From positions 1-29,581 of the forward strand of contig CAVSOU010000012.1 of assembly GCA_963729625.1 (NCBI GenBank): 29,581 nucleotides of DNA. The letters are read 5' to 3'. The translations under genes and the position numbers were made by a program. Numbering within the stretch: the first letter of the stretch is position 1; each line of letters begins with the position of its first letter. The notes under the pieces were generated by a model. That model had not been told where the DNA came from and made no database searches. It saw nothing but the letters and a program-made list of their open reading frames with translations. This stretch comes from an uncultured bacterium. GTDB lineage: Bacteria; Chloroflexota; UBA5177; JANWHV01. This document shows positions 1 through 9,203 of the stretch, in pieces.

Positions 1-123
1 TTCATGCAGTTGGCCACTTTGCGACGTCAGGTCCGCCTGGGCGATCCGGTGGATTGACGCGTACTCCGGCAATCCGAAGGCCGTCAACAACTCCCCACAC
101 GCACCGCACTGCGCTTGCGCGGT

Positions 124-175
124 GCGGGCACGCCGCGGCAGGGCCTCGCAGTTGAGGCCCTGCCGGCGCGCCCGC
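124..175 (-). terminator. GC-rich stem-loop downstream of the alpha-mannosidase gene
   Basis: Perfect 12-bp arms CGGCAGGGCCTC (136-147) / GAGGCCCTGCCG (154-165), extendable to 124-175 with a 2-nt bulge and one wobble. Lies 18 nt after the stop at 194. No U-tract. Confidence 0.6.
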
Positions 176-193
176 CCCCTTCCCGGCGGGACC

Positions 194-3100
194 CTACGCC
201 AGGTGAACGCGGAACGAGCGAACGGAAAACGGTCCCAGGTCGAAGGTGAGTGAATTGCCTTCGCAGTGAGGACGAGCCGTACCGTCTTCAACGTCTTCCA
301 GGATATTGACCGATTCTGCAGCCTCGATCGTCGTTGCGAATGTCAGCGTCGTGCGTTCCCGACCGCCTGCGCAATCGTACACTCGCACGACGATGCCGTC
401 GCCGTCCTCGGCCGGCTTCACCGTATCGACCACGGCATGCCGGCTGTTTGTGCTGACCAGCGACTGCGTTGCGGGCAGGCCGCCCACAGAGCCCCTGCGC
501 AGACGCGCGGAGACCGGCAGATTCAGCCCGTAGGCAGCCTGCACCGTGTCCGAAACCATCCAGCCGGCTCCGTGCGGCAAAAGGGCATAACTGAAATAGT
601 GAGCGCCCTGGTCTGCCGATGGATCCGGGTAGATACCCGACTTGAGCAGCGTCAACCGGAGCGTTGAGTCGAGGCAATCGTAGCCGTACTTTGCGTCGTT
701 GAGCAGACTGACCCCGTAGTCTGCCTCAGACAGGTCTGCCCATCGATGGCCTGCGACCTCGAATCGCGCGGCATCCCAGCTCGTGTTGCGATGGGTCGGC
801 CGCTCAACCCAGCCAAACGCGCACTCGTACCGCATGTGTGGCACCAACGTCAGTGGGAATGCTGCTTTCAGCAGCACCTGCTGGTGATGCCACATGATAC
901 TGGTCTGAAAGTCAATTCTGGCGATATCCTTGTGCAGCAAAACGCGCTGCGTGATTGTGGAGCCGTCCCAAGACCGCCGCAGCTCCACGCACTCGCAGCG
1001 GCCCGCGCTCGACCACCCTCAGGTCGCTGAGCTCGTCGATGTCCCAGAACTTCTCGACATAGTGCGCATCGATGTCCCACGCATCGAAGTCCATCGGCTT
1101 GTCTTCGAACGCGATCAGGCGGTTGCCCCCACCGTGGGGAAGCAGGACATCGCGATCGAACCTCTTGTCGTACAGGCGCGAGATTCTGCCTGCCTGATCG
1201 AGCGTCAAAGTGAAGAATTGGTTCTCGAGGTGCTGTTCGCCGGCCACCAGCGCGCCGTCTTCCCTGCTCGACCTAGTCGCGCCCAGACCGACCACCTGAT
1301 AGCCCATTGGCGGCAGCTGAAGACCACCGACGAGCACTCGTTCTCGCCCATCCAGATTCGTGGCCCGCTGACAGGCAGCGGGCTGCCGTCGAGGCCGCAA
1401 GGCGAAACGTCATGCAACTCAGCCGCATCGACCTCGACATCCGCGCGCGGCCAGGGCGTGCTATTGAACAGCACCAGGCCACCGTCCGGACCTTCGACCT
1501 GTTCAGCCAGGACCGCCTGCGCCTGCTGCCCCACATCGGCGGCCAGCTCCTGTATGCAAGCGTGGTCGTGCGCCTGGTCCACGTAGACGTCGCCTATTGA
1601 CGAGCCGGGCAGGATGTCGTGAAACTGGTTCACCAGCAGGAGCTCCCACGCCTCGCCGAGGCGGGCCTGCCAGTCCGCCACGGCGGCACCGCGAGCGGCG
1701 GCCCAGCTCACCCAGAGCTCGGCATCATGCAGATCGTGCTCGCACCTGCGATTGCCTGCTTTGACCCCAGCCTGACTGGTGTACACGCCGCGATGGTATT
1801 CGAGATACATCTCGCCATCCCACACGGGAGTGCGGGGATCGTCGATCGCGCGTTCGTGCAGTCGCTTCAGGATGCTCCCGCCGAGCCCTGCCTCACTGCC
1901 GGCAGTCCAGGATACGCGCGCATGCGAGCCGCCATCTCGAGCATCTGTTCCGTGGGACCGCCGCCGCCGTCACCCCAGCCGAACGGATAGAGTACCGTGT
2001 CGTTGCGGGCCTTGTCCCTGTAGCGCTGCCACGCGCTGCTCACTTCGTGGGCGGTAAAGTGGCCGTTGTAGGTGGCAATCCCAATCAACGGATTATCGGG
2101 ATCCGTGATCCACGTTTCGGCTCGTCGGTCATTCCGGCCGTGATGAAGAATGCCAGCACCTCTGAACCGTCGAGACCGCGCCAGCGAAATGTGTCGTGCG
2201 GCATCCGATTCGTGGTGTTCCAGGACAGCTTGCTGGTTACGAAGGCGATAACGCCCGCGCTGCGCATCAGACCAGGCAGCGCCGCGCTATCGCCGAACGT
2301 GTCCAGCAGCCAGAGATACTCGCACCGCGCGCCGAAACGCGCCAGTGAGTCGCGCTGGCCGTGCAGGAGTTGGCGCACCAGCGACTCGCCCGAGGTAAGG
2401 TTCACGTCCGGTTCGACCCACATTGCCGCGGCCGGCTCCCAGCGCCCCTCGCGCACCCGGGCAAGAATCTCCCGGTAAAGCGCGGGCTCGTCCTCTTCAA
2501 TCCACTTGTACTGCTGGGACTGACTGGCGAGAAAGTGGAAGTCAGGATACTGCTCCATCAACCGCAGGGCAGTGGACCAGGATCGCGCGACCTTTCTTCG
2601 CGTCTGACCTAACGTCCACAGCCATGCTGTGTCGATGTGCGCGTGCCCCATGGCCAGCGCTGTGGCGCGCACGCCAAACGCATGCGCGAGCTCGGGCAGA
2701 CCGGCAGCCAGAACGGCACGAGCTTCGCGCACACTGGTGAAGAACGCGTCACTGCCCGGCTTGCGGCGGTCGACGGCACGCTCGCACTCAAGCAACAGGT
2801 CCTCAAGAGGTTGGCGAGCCGGGTGCTCCGGAGGAAGGCTGCGTACCGTGTCGGCCCCCAGAAGAAGATCGTATGCGAGTGCTTCCGCCTCATCGCTCAC
2901 GCACTCCAGGCTGCACTCGCCGACCGCGCATGTGGTCCCGTGCGCGCGAGGTGCGGTAGTCTCGCCCATGGCATATGCTTCTACCAACAGCACGTGTTCC
3001 TTACCGTCGACGAGCGACGAAGGCAGCGTCACATGCCGGTGGTTTTCGTCCAGTCCCTGCCATGCCGTGCCGTCGAGGTAGGCCATCCCCTGGCCGCCGA

Positions 3101-3362
3101 GCTCGAGGCGGAGCCGGATCCGGGATCCGGCCCACGCGTCCGGCACCCGAAACGTCGCCTTGAAGACGGCCCAGGCCTCGCTGCCACCCCACCGATCGCC
3201 CGTCGTCACGTCGCTCCACCCTGCGTTGTCCCCGGCATCGGCGGCGAATCCGGCAGGCCTGCCGCCCTTCATCCGCAGCGCCAGTAGCGGCGCTCTTTCC
3301 AGAACTGCCGAGCGCATTTGCTCGGCTGACCGGGTTCGAAGCCTGCGCGCGGTTAGGTCCAT
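194..3362 (-). pseudogene. GH38 alpha-mannosidase (~1050 aa when joined), interrupted by at least four frameshifts (pseudogene or sequencing indels)
   Basis: GH38 motifs are spread over five ORFs in the expected order: GHAHIDTAWLW, SGESLVRQL and WLLDTFG (2085-3362); FGWGDGGGGPT (1867-2088); WDGEMYLEYHRG and LLVNQFHDILPGSSI (1205-1825); LPPMGY and DAWDID (912-1400); RPTHRNTSWDAARFEV, LLNDAKYG and LRLTLLKS (194-988). Frame breaks at ~2115, ~1872, ~1370 and ~990. RBS GGAGAGGGAG before the ATG at 3362. Confidence 0.92.
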
Positions 3363-3470
3363 CGCCGACTCTCCCTCTCCATTCCGTCAATCTTCCCGTT
3401 GTGCGACGTTCCCGAAGATCCGCGACCTACGCCGTCTCCCATGTACTGTATGCTTTGCTCCCAAGCCACA

Positions 3471-4487
3471 TCACGTGCATCCACCGAGGCTCAGGCGAAC
3501 AATGCCATGGGCATTGCCAACCAGCAAATTCGATCCGTGCCAGGCGAGCGCTGTAGGCGCCAGTCCTTCGGGAAACAGAACTGTCTTGGTGGGTTGGAGA
3601 CTCTTTCCCTCGGCCAGCACAATCCGGCCGGCGCGTACGAATGCCACTTTGTCCATGTCGCTAACTGCCATTGGAGGATCACCATCGACGGACGCCGCGA
3701 GCGACCCGGTGCTCAGACTTCGCGCTTCAATATGCCCGGCGCCTGAGAAATACAGCCTATCGATGTCAGGATCTGCAGCCATGGGTGGCATCGGCGCCGT
3801 GTAGGACGCGCGTTGTGCCCCTGTCGCCGTGTCCAGCAGGCTGATCGTGCCGCTCAAATCGTGCTGGTCCGGGAGATAGACGGCCAGTACGTCACGCCCG
3901 GCCTGTCCGATCCAGATCCCCGCATGCGTATATCCGAGCGCGACACGCCAGCGCACATGCACGCTAAAGTCAGGCGCCGCATCGAAAGCGAACAATTGTG
4001 CGGCCTCGGTATTCGCTATCTGACCCACGACGTACAGATCCCGACCCGGCCCGGCGGCGATCGCCGCCGGCCAACCGACCGGCAGCAGCGACAGCACCTG
4101 CCTGCGCAACAGGCGACCATCCGCCCCATTGATCGTGTACAGCGTGGACCCGGCAAGCGCGTAGAGCAGTTTGCTCTGCGCGGATCGTGCCAGTCCGGGC
4201 GCAGTGGAGTACTGAGGCGTGGAAATGGCGTGCGCCGAGCCGTTGCCCGTAAGCGTCACGACCTCGAGTGTGTCGTGCGGCAGATACATGATGGTGGAGC
4301 CCCGCGCTCCGACCTCGGCGACGGCCACGCCTCCTGCGCTCGCCGCTGCGAGGCTATCCACGCGGCCGGGGAGTGCCATCGACGACCGAACCGATGCAAC
4401 GCAGGCGCGCGCGACTACCGGAGTTTCCTGGAAGAGACCGGTACAGAACGCGAGGATGACCATCGCGGCAAGACGGCCCGCACTCAT
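3471..4487 (-). CDS. Secreted hypothetical protein, probable beta-propeller fold
   Basis: 338-aa ORF with an N-terminal signal-like segment. ATGA overlap with the permease stop at 4484-4487. Repeated blade-like segments (LYTINGADG, LYVVG, ISLLDTATG, RLYFSG, LLVGNAHG). Confidence 0.75.
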   Translation of the reverse strand: MSAGRLAAMVILAFCTGLFQETPVVARACVASVRSSMALPGRVDSLAAASAGGVAVAEVGARGSTIMYLPHDTLEVVTLTGNGSAHAISTPQYSTAPGLARSAQSKLLYALAGSTLYTINGADGRLLRRQVLSLLPVGWPAAIAAGPGRDLYVVGQIANTEAAQLFAFDAAPDFSVHVRWRVALGYTHAGIWIGQAGRDVLAVYLPDQHDLSGTISLLDTATGAQRASYTAPMPPMAADPDIDRLYFSGAGHIEARSLSTGSLAASVDGDPPMAVSDMDKVAFVRAGRIVLAEGKSLQPTKTVLFPEGLAPTALAWHGSNLLVGNAHGIVRLSLGGCT

Positions 4488-5308
4488 CCCTTGGTGCCGC
4501 CGATATTGAGACCCTTGACCAGGAAGCGCGAAACAAACATATAGAGCGCCACCGCAGGCAGCGCGTACATCATGGCGTAGGCCGCGAGCTGAGCGTAGTT
4601 AACCTGGCCGTAGTTGTTGAACAGACTGAACAGCTCGACGGAGGCTGGAAACTTGTCCGGAGTGCTGTAGATGATGAACGGCACGAAGAAGTTCGTGTAG
4701 GCGCCGACAAAGCTGAAGATGCCGACCACGGCGATGCCGGGCGCGCAGAGAGGAAGCACGACGCGCACGAACGAGCCAAACGTCGTGCAGCCGTCGACCC
4801 AGGCAGCCTCCTCCAGCTCGATCGAAACGGAGTCGAGGAAGTTCTTCATGAGCCACATGTTGAAAGGCAGGCCGGAGGCCACGAAGAACAGCACCACGCC
4901 CGGTGTGGAGTCGATCAGGTTCAAGCGCACATACAGTGCGTACAGCGGAAAGATCAGGGCCAGGATCGGCAGGCCGGTGCAGAACAAGATCAGGAGCATT
5001 ACCGTCTTCTTAAAGGGGAAGTGATAGCGCGACAGCGTGTAGCCCGCCCCACAGCTCAGCACAACCATCAGAGCCATCGTGCTGATCCCCAGCACCAGGC
5101 TGTTGCGAAAGCCTTCCATGTAGCCGTTGTCGATCAGGTAACGAAAGTTTCCGAAGCTGAATCCGGAGAACCAGACGGTGCCGAGGTTGGCGTTCAAGGT
5201 GAAGCTTGCCACGATCAGCCAGACGAACGGCAGCACGAAGAACAGGCCGAGCACAGCCAAAATGGCGTAGGCGACAGCAGAGCCGGGAGCGATTCTACGG
5301 TGTCTCAC
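4484..5308 (-). CDS. Carbohydrate ABC transporter permease (MalG/CUT1 type)
   Basis: Six hydrophobic segments, EAA loop ELEEAAWVDGC, RBS AGGAG before GTG. Confidence 0.95.
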   Translation of the reverse strand: MRHRRIAPGSAVAYAILAVLGLFFVLPFVWLIVASFTLNANLGTVWFSGFSFGNFRYLIDNGYMEGFRNSLVLGISTMALMVVLSCGAGYTLSRYHFPFKKTVMLLILFCTGLPILALIFPLYALYVRLNLIDSTPGVVLFFVASGLPFNMWLMKNFLDSVSIELEEAAWVDGCTTFGSFVRVVLPLCAPGIAVVGIFSFVGAYTNFFVPFIIYSTPDKFPASVELFSLFNNYGQVNYAQLAAYAMMYALPAVALYMFVSRFLVKGLNIGGTKG

Positions 5309-5318
5309 GGCATCGCTC

Positions 5319-6251
5319 CTACACTTCCACGCGCAAGACGCGTATGTACAGAAGCGAGAGCAGGGCGCCGGCCAGGATGATCAGCAGGGCGATCGCCGTG
5401 CCGTATCCCAGCTCGTAGAACTTGAAGGCGTGCTGGTACATGTAAATCGTCAGCAGCTGGGTATCGAAGCCAGGGCCGCCCCCGGTGAGCACAAAGACGA
5501 GCGTGTAGTCGGAGAGCGTGGCCAGTGTGATCAGCAGCAGGTCCGTGGCGATGGTGCCCTTGAGCATCGGCAGGATGATCAGCCGCACGCGAGCCCATAG
5601 GCCCGCCCCGTCGATCGAGGCGGCCTCCAGAAGCTCGGGAGCGATCCCTTCCAGGGCCGAGGCGTACAGCAGCATGGAGAAGGCGGTGCCGCGCCAGGTG
5701 TTGGCCACGATGATCGAAGCCATCGGGTAGTCCTGCAGCCAGGCGCGCTGGGGCACCCCGAAGACGCCGACAATGTTGTTGAGCAGCCCGCTGCCCGTGC
5801 CGAGGCCCATGAGGTCGGCGTGGAAGAAGGCAAACCACAAATACCCGGCCACCACGTCGGGGATCACCCAGCAGGCGACGATGATGCCGCCCAGAACGGA
5901 CTTGAACAGCGGGCTCCGGTTCTTCATCAGCAAGGCCAGGAACATGCCCAGGACCGCTTGGCCGATCAAGGCGGAGCCGACCAGATAGGTCAGCGAGACG
6001 CGAAGTGAATCGAAGAATGAGTGATCGCTCAGGATCTGGCGGAGGTTGTCGAAGCCGACCCAGGACGGAGTGGCGGCGCCGGTTCCCGTGAGGGCCATGT
6101 TCGTGAAGCCCACGTAGACCGCGTAGACCGCTGGCCCGAGGAAGAAGCAGGCCAGCACCACGAAGGCGGGCAGCAAGAACAGCATGCCCGCTTTGAAGCG
6201 GCGCCGCGGTCTCCGCAGTGCCGGGGCTGGCTCGACGACCGTGGCCTGCAA
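5319..6251 (-). CDS. Carbohydrate ABC transporter permease (MalF/CUT1 type)
   Basis: WVGFDN, EAA loop ELLEAASIDGA, LTGGGPG and YELGYGTA motifs. TTG start preceded by GGAGGAG. Confidence 0.95.
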   Translation of the reverse strand: MQATVVEPAPALRRPRRRFKAGMLFLLPAFVVLACFFLGPAVYAVYVGFTNMALTGTGAATPSWVGFDNLRQILSDHSFFDSLRVSLTYLVGSALIGQAVLGMFLALLMKNRSPLFKSVLGGIIVACWVIPDVVAGYLWFAFFHADLMGLGTGSGLLNNIVGVFGVPQRAWLQDYPMASIIVANTWRGTAFSMLLYASALEGIAPELLEAASIDGAGLWARVRLIILPMLKGTIATDLLLITLATLSDYTLVFVLTGGGPGFDTQLLTIYMYQHAFKFYELGYGTAIALLIILAGALLSLLYIRVLRVEV

Positions 6252-6296
6252 GGCGGTACTTCTCCTCCCGCAATGATGGCAAAACTATACCGGTAT

Positions 6297-6333
6297 GGCA
6301 GTCCCCGTCGCCACTGCGGAAACGGGGACTGCC
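6297..6333 (-). terminator. Intercistronic stem-loop after the SBP gene (attenuator or mRNA stabiliser)
   Basis: Perfect 12-bp arms GGCAGTCCCCGT (6297-6308) / ACGGGGACTGCC (6322-6333) with a 13-nt loop, between the SBP stop (6369) and the permease start (6251). Confidence 0.7.
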
Positions 6334-6368
6334 GGGACTTCCCTATCGATCCTCAGTAAGGCTGCCGA

Positions 6369-7739
6369 TCAGCGCGCTTCCACGCTGGCCGAGCCGGCGA
6401 TGCCTTGCACCGCCGAGGCGTAGTTCGACATGGCATCCTTGGGGCTCATGCCGGTCATCACGTTCTCCATCGCCAGGTCGATCTGGTTGGAGATCTTCGG
6501 ATAGGCCGGGAAGCCGGGCCGGAATTGGGTGAAGGCCACCAGGCTGGTGAAGAACGGGTTCATCGGAACGGATGCGTACGACGGGATAGTCGACTCATCC
6601 TTGCGCACGCCGATGTTGCCCACAAGCACGTCGAACAGGGCGAGGTTCTGCGCGCTGTTCGCCGCCTGGATCACCTTCCACGCCGCGTCATGGTTAGGGC
6701 TCTTGGCGGTTATGGAGTAGGCCCAGCCGCCGGACAGGGTCACGAAGTAGGGGGCCTGCCCGAACTCAGTCGGCATCTTGGCCATGCCCATGACCGACTG
6801 CCACTGCGGCCAGGGCGCGGCGCCGGTCGACGCCCAGGCGCCGGGCACCCACGATCCGTCGATGTCGATCCCCAGCTTGTCCTTCGGCAGCATTTGCAGC
6901 TGAATAGGGGACCAGGCGAGCCCGCTCAGCGCGATATCGTCGGTGGGCCCGAGCAGGGCCTTTGGATTGTAAACGGTCTGCACGAAACTGAGGGCGTCCT
7001 GGAAGCCCTTGCTGGAAGCGACCCACTTATTAGTCGTGTAGTCGTAGAGTGGGTCATGGGTCCCATAGAGCAGCATCTCAAAGCCCTGCATCGACGACGC
7101 CTCGTCCATCGGAATGCCCGAGTAGAGATTCATCGGCACCACGCCGGGCACTTTCGCCTTGATCGTGCGAGCCGCGGACAGAATGTCGGCCCAGTTCCTG
7201 GGCTGCCACGGGGTGGGAATACCGGCCTTGGCGAAGACGTGCTTGTTGTACCAGATGCCGCGCACATCCGTGCCGTTCATCACCCCATAGTTCACACCCT
7301 TGAACGTGGTGATCGACTGCATGCCCGGATAGAACTGGGTTTTGTACTCCGGCCACGTGGCCAGATACTTGTTAAGCGGGGTCAAGTAACCGGCCGTGGC
7401 GTCCGAGCCTACCAGGAAGCTGTCTTCCTTCACCAGGTCAGGCGCGGTGCTGGCAGAGCGCATCATCAGATCGACCTTCGTGTAGTAGTCGCCTTCGGAT
7501 GCGACAATCACCTCGGGCTTGATCGTGATGCCGGGATTTGCCGCCTCAATGCCGGGGATAATCTGATTCCACCACTTAAGATCCTGGAAGCCTGCGACGG
7601 GACCCTGCTCCTCGAAAGCCACGGTGATGGTTACCGGGCTGGCAGCGTGAATTCTCTCGCTTGACTGAAACATCAAGCCGGGAACGACGAACACTCCAAG
7701 TAGTGCGAAACGCGCTAGCTTCGTGCGAACGCTTTTCAT
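6369..7739 (-). CDS. Extracellular solute-binding protein, carbohydrate ABC transporter (family 1)
   Basis: Signal peptide, APDLV, IWYNKHVFAKAGI and SGGWAYSI motifs. RBS GAGGAG. First gene of the operon with two CUT1 permeases. Confidence 0.95.
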   Translation of the reverse strand: MKSVRTKLARFALLGVFVVPGLMFQSSERIHAASPVTITVAFEEQGPVAGFQDLKWWNQIIPGIEAANPGITIKPEVIVASEGDYYTKVDLMMRSASTAPDLVKEDSFLVGSDATAGYLTPLNKYLATWPEYKTQFYPGMQSITTFKGVNYGVMNGTDVRGIWYNKHVFAKAGIPTPWQPRNWADILSAARTIKAKVPGVVPMNLYSGIPMDEASSMQGFEMLLYGTHDPLYDYTTNKWVASSKGFQDALSFVQTVYNPKALLGPTDDIALSGLAWSPIQLQMLPKDKLGIDIDGSWVPGAWASTGAAPWPQWQSVMGMAKMPTEFGQAPYFVTLSGGWAYSITAKSPNHDAAWKVIQAANSAQNLALFDVLVGNIGVRKDESTIPSYASVPMNPFFTSLVAFTQFRPGFPAYPKISNQIDLAMENVMTGMSPKDAMSNYASAVQGIAGSASVEAR

Positions 7740-7889
7740 TCTCTCTCCTCACGACGGGCTGACAAGGCATATTCCGAACAGGCGACAATGCGCCGCGCGG
7801 ACCTGTACATGGTGCATGGTGGCCGGCGGCCACCACAATCCTTGCCTGACTGCGACCGCCACCTCCTCTCCAGTCTGCCGATCTCCACG

Positions 7890-7906
7890 ATTTGCCTTAG
7901 CAAATA
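7890..7906. promoter_or_regulatory. Operator copy 1 (imperfect palindrome ATTTGCCTTAGCAAATA)
   Basis: ATTTGC-N4-GCAAAT palindrome and exact reverse complement of 8011-8027. Lies just downstream of the minus-strand promoter. Confidence 0.75.
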
Positions 7907-7937
7907 TCCGTGCGTTACGCTTATCCGCAACGACGGC

Positions 7938-7967
7938 AGTCTAGTCTATACTGTGGGGAGTTGTCAA
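7938..7967 (-). promoter_or_regulatory. Sigma70-type promoter of the sugar ABC operon
   Basis: Minus strand reads TTGACA (7967-7962), an 18-nt spacer, then TAGACT (7943-7938). Confidence 0.7.
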
Positions 7968-8010
7968 GAGTAGGTGGTCAAGCTGTTGGAGATCGATTCG
8001 GCACCAGAGG

Positions 8011-8027
8011 TATTTGCTAAGGCAAAT
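8011..8027. promoter_or_regulatory. Operator copy 2 (TATTTGCTAAGGCAAAT)
   Basis: 17/17 identical to the reverse complement of 7890-7906. Immediately before the likely regulator start codon. Confidence 0.75.
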
Positions 8028-8030
8028 AGA

Positions 8031-9158
8031 GTGACTGCACGCGCGGGCGGCCTGGCACGCTTCCGCCAGATCGCCGACTCGCTCAAAGACGCTATCATTG
8101 GCGGCGTCTATCAGCCCGGCGATCGCCTGCCGACGGAGATGGAGCTGGCGCGCGAGCATCATGTGAGCCGGGTCACGGCCGCCTCGGCGCTATCCGAGCT
8201 GGCGCGAGGCGGTTTCGTGACACGAGCGCCACGCCGAGGAACGATAGTGCAGGCGGGCGCCCAGTATGCACGAGCCGTACCCCGCCCGTTAGTCGCCTGG
8301 ATCGTGCGCCGCATCGAAACAACCTTCAATTTGGGGATCCTGCAAGGGGTGCAAAAGGGCGTTCACGAAGCAGGGTTTGGGCTTTTGGTTGGCCGAAGCG
8401 GCGAGACCCACGATGACGAGGGCGCCGCCATCCGCGATGCGGTGGCAGAAGGCGCGTCGGGAATCATGATCTTCATACAGGACGGCGAGAGCTACAACGC
8501 CGAGGTTCTTCGGCTCGTGCTTGGGAACTATCCGGTGGTGCTGGTGGACCGCTACCTGCGCGGAGTACGCTGCGCCGTCGTTTCCAGCGACAACGAAGGC
8601 GGCTCGCGGGAGCTGGTGCAATCGTTGTTGAACGCCGGCCACCGGCGCATTTGCATGGTCACGTTTCCGCCGGGCCATACGTCGACGATCGAGGATCGCG
8701 TGAGAGGCTACGTTCGCGCCCTGACGCTCGCCGGCGTGCCGGTAGACTACTCATTGCACTACGTGGTCGCCACCGAGGAGGAGGGGTCAATGTGGGAGCC
8801 CTCGGAACATGTTGTACGCGCGTTCGCCGAGTATCTGCGGGACCGCCCGGAGGTGTCGGCAGTCTACGCCACCAACGCATTCCTTGCCCTCGTCGCATTT
8901 CGCGCAATCGAGTGCCTGGGTCTGAGAATCCCGGAAGACATCTCGTTTGTGAGCATCGATCCGCTTGAAGCCATCCCGCTGGCTCTGCCGGCTGCCACCT
9001 GCGGCGTGCAGCAGGCGGAGGAGATCGGTCGAACGGCCGTCGCACTGCTGCAGGAGATGCTCTCCGGTAAGCCCTCACGCACCGTGCTGCTGCCGATGAG
9101 ACTCAGGGACAGCGGCTCGATTGGTCCGCCCGCGCGGCGCGCCGCGGCCGGCCGCTGA
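8031..9158 (+). CDS. GntR-family regulator with LacI-type periplasmic-binding-protein sensor domain (AraR-like)
   Basis: wHTH: RQIADSLK...YQPGDRLPTEMELAREHHVSRVT...RRGT. C-terminal LacI-like PVVLVDR, DNEGG, GHRRI and IPEDIS. The ORF is open from 7974; the in-frame GTG at 8031 is preferred because the upstream part is operator sequence. Confidence 0.92.
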   Translation: MTARAGGLARFRQIADSLKDAIIGGVYQPGDRLPTEMELAREHHVSRVTAASALSELARGGFVTRAPRRGTIVQAGAQYARAVPRPLVAWIVRRIETTFNLGILQGVQKGVHEAGFGLLVGRSGETHDDEGAAIRDAVAEGASGIMIFIQDGESYNAEVLRLVLGNYPVVLVDRYLRGVRCAVVSSDNEGGSRELVQSLLNAGHRRICMVTFPPGHTSTIEDRVRGYVRALTLAGVPVDYSLHYVVATEEEGSMWEPSEHVVRAFAEYLRDRPEVSAVYATNAFLALVAFRAIECLGLRIPEDISFVSIDPLEAIPLALPAATCGVQQAEEIGRTAVALLQEMLSGKPSRTVLLPMRLRDSGSIGPPARRAAAGR

Positions 9159-9203
9159 CCTCTGGGCATCCGCCGGCACTCAATTGTGCGGCATCAACGC
9201 GTG

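Noticed and set aside
1-120. Possible start of a further minus-strand gene (CAT at 3-5)
   Set aside because: Only five bases lie in the window and there is no convincing RBS.
860-2120. Programmed frameshifting or phase variation in the mannosidase
   Set aside because: Breaks are multiple and lack slippery heptamers or long simple repeats.
5305-6282. 325-aa alternative-frame ORF over the permease
   Set aside because: Arg/His/Gly-rich shadow frame; 5319-6251 carries the permease motifs and an RBS.
6405-7664. 419-aa antisense ORF opposite the SBP
   Set aside because: Antisense frame kept open by high GC3 codon bias; no motifs or RBS.
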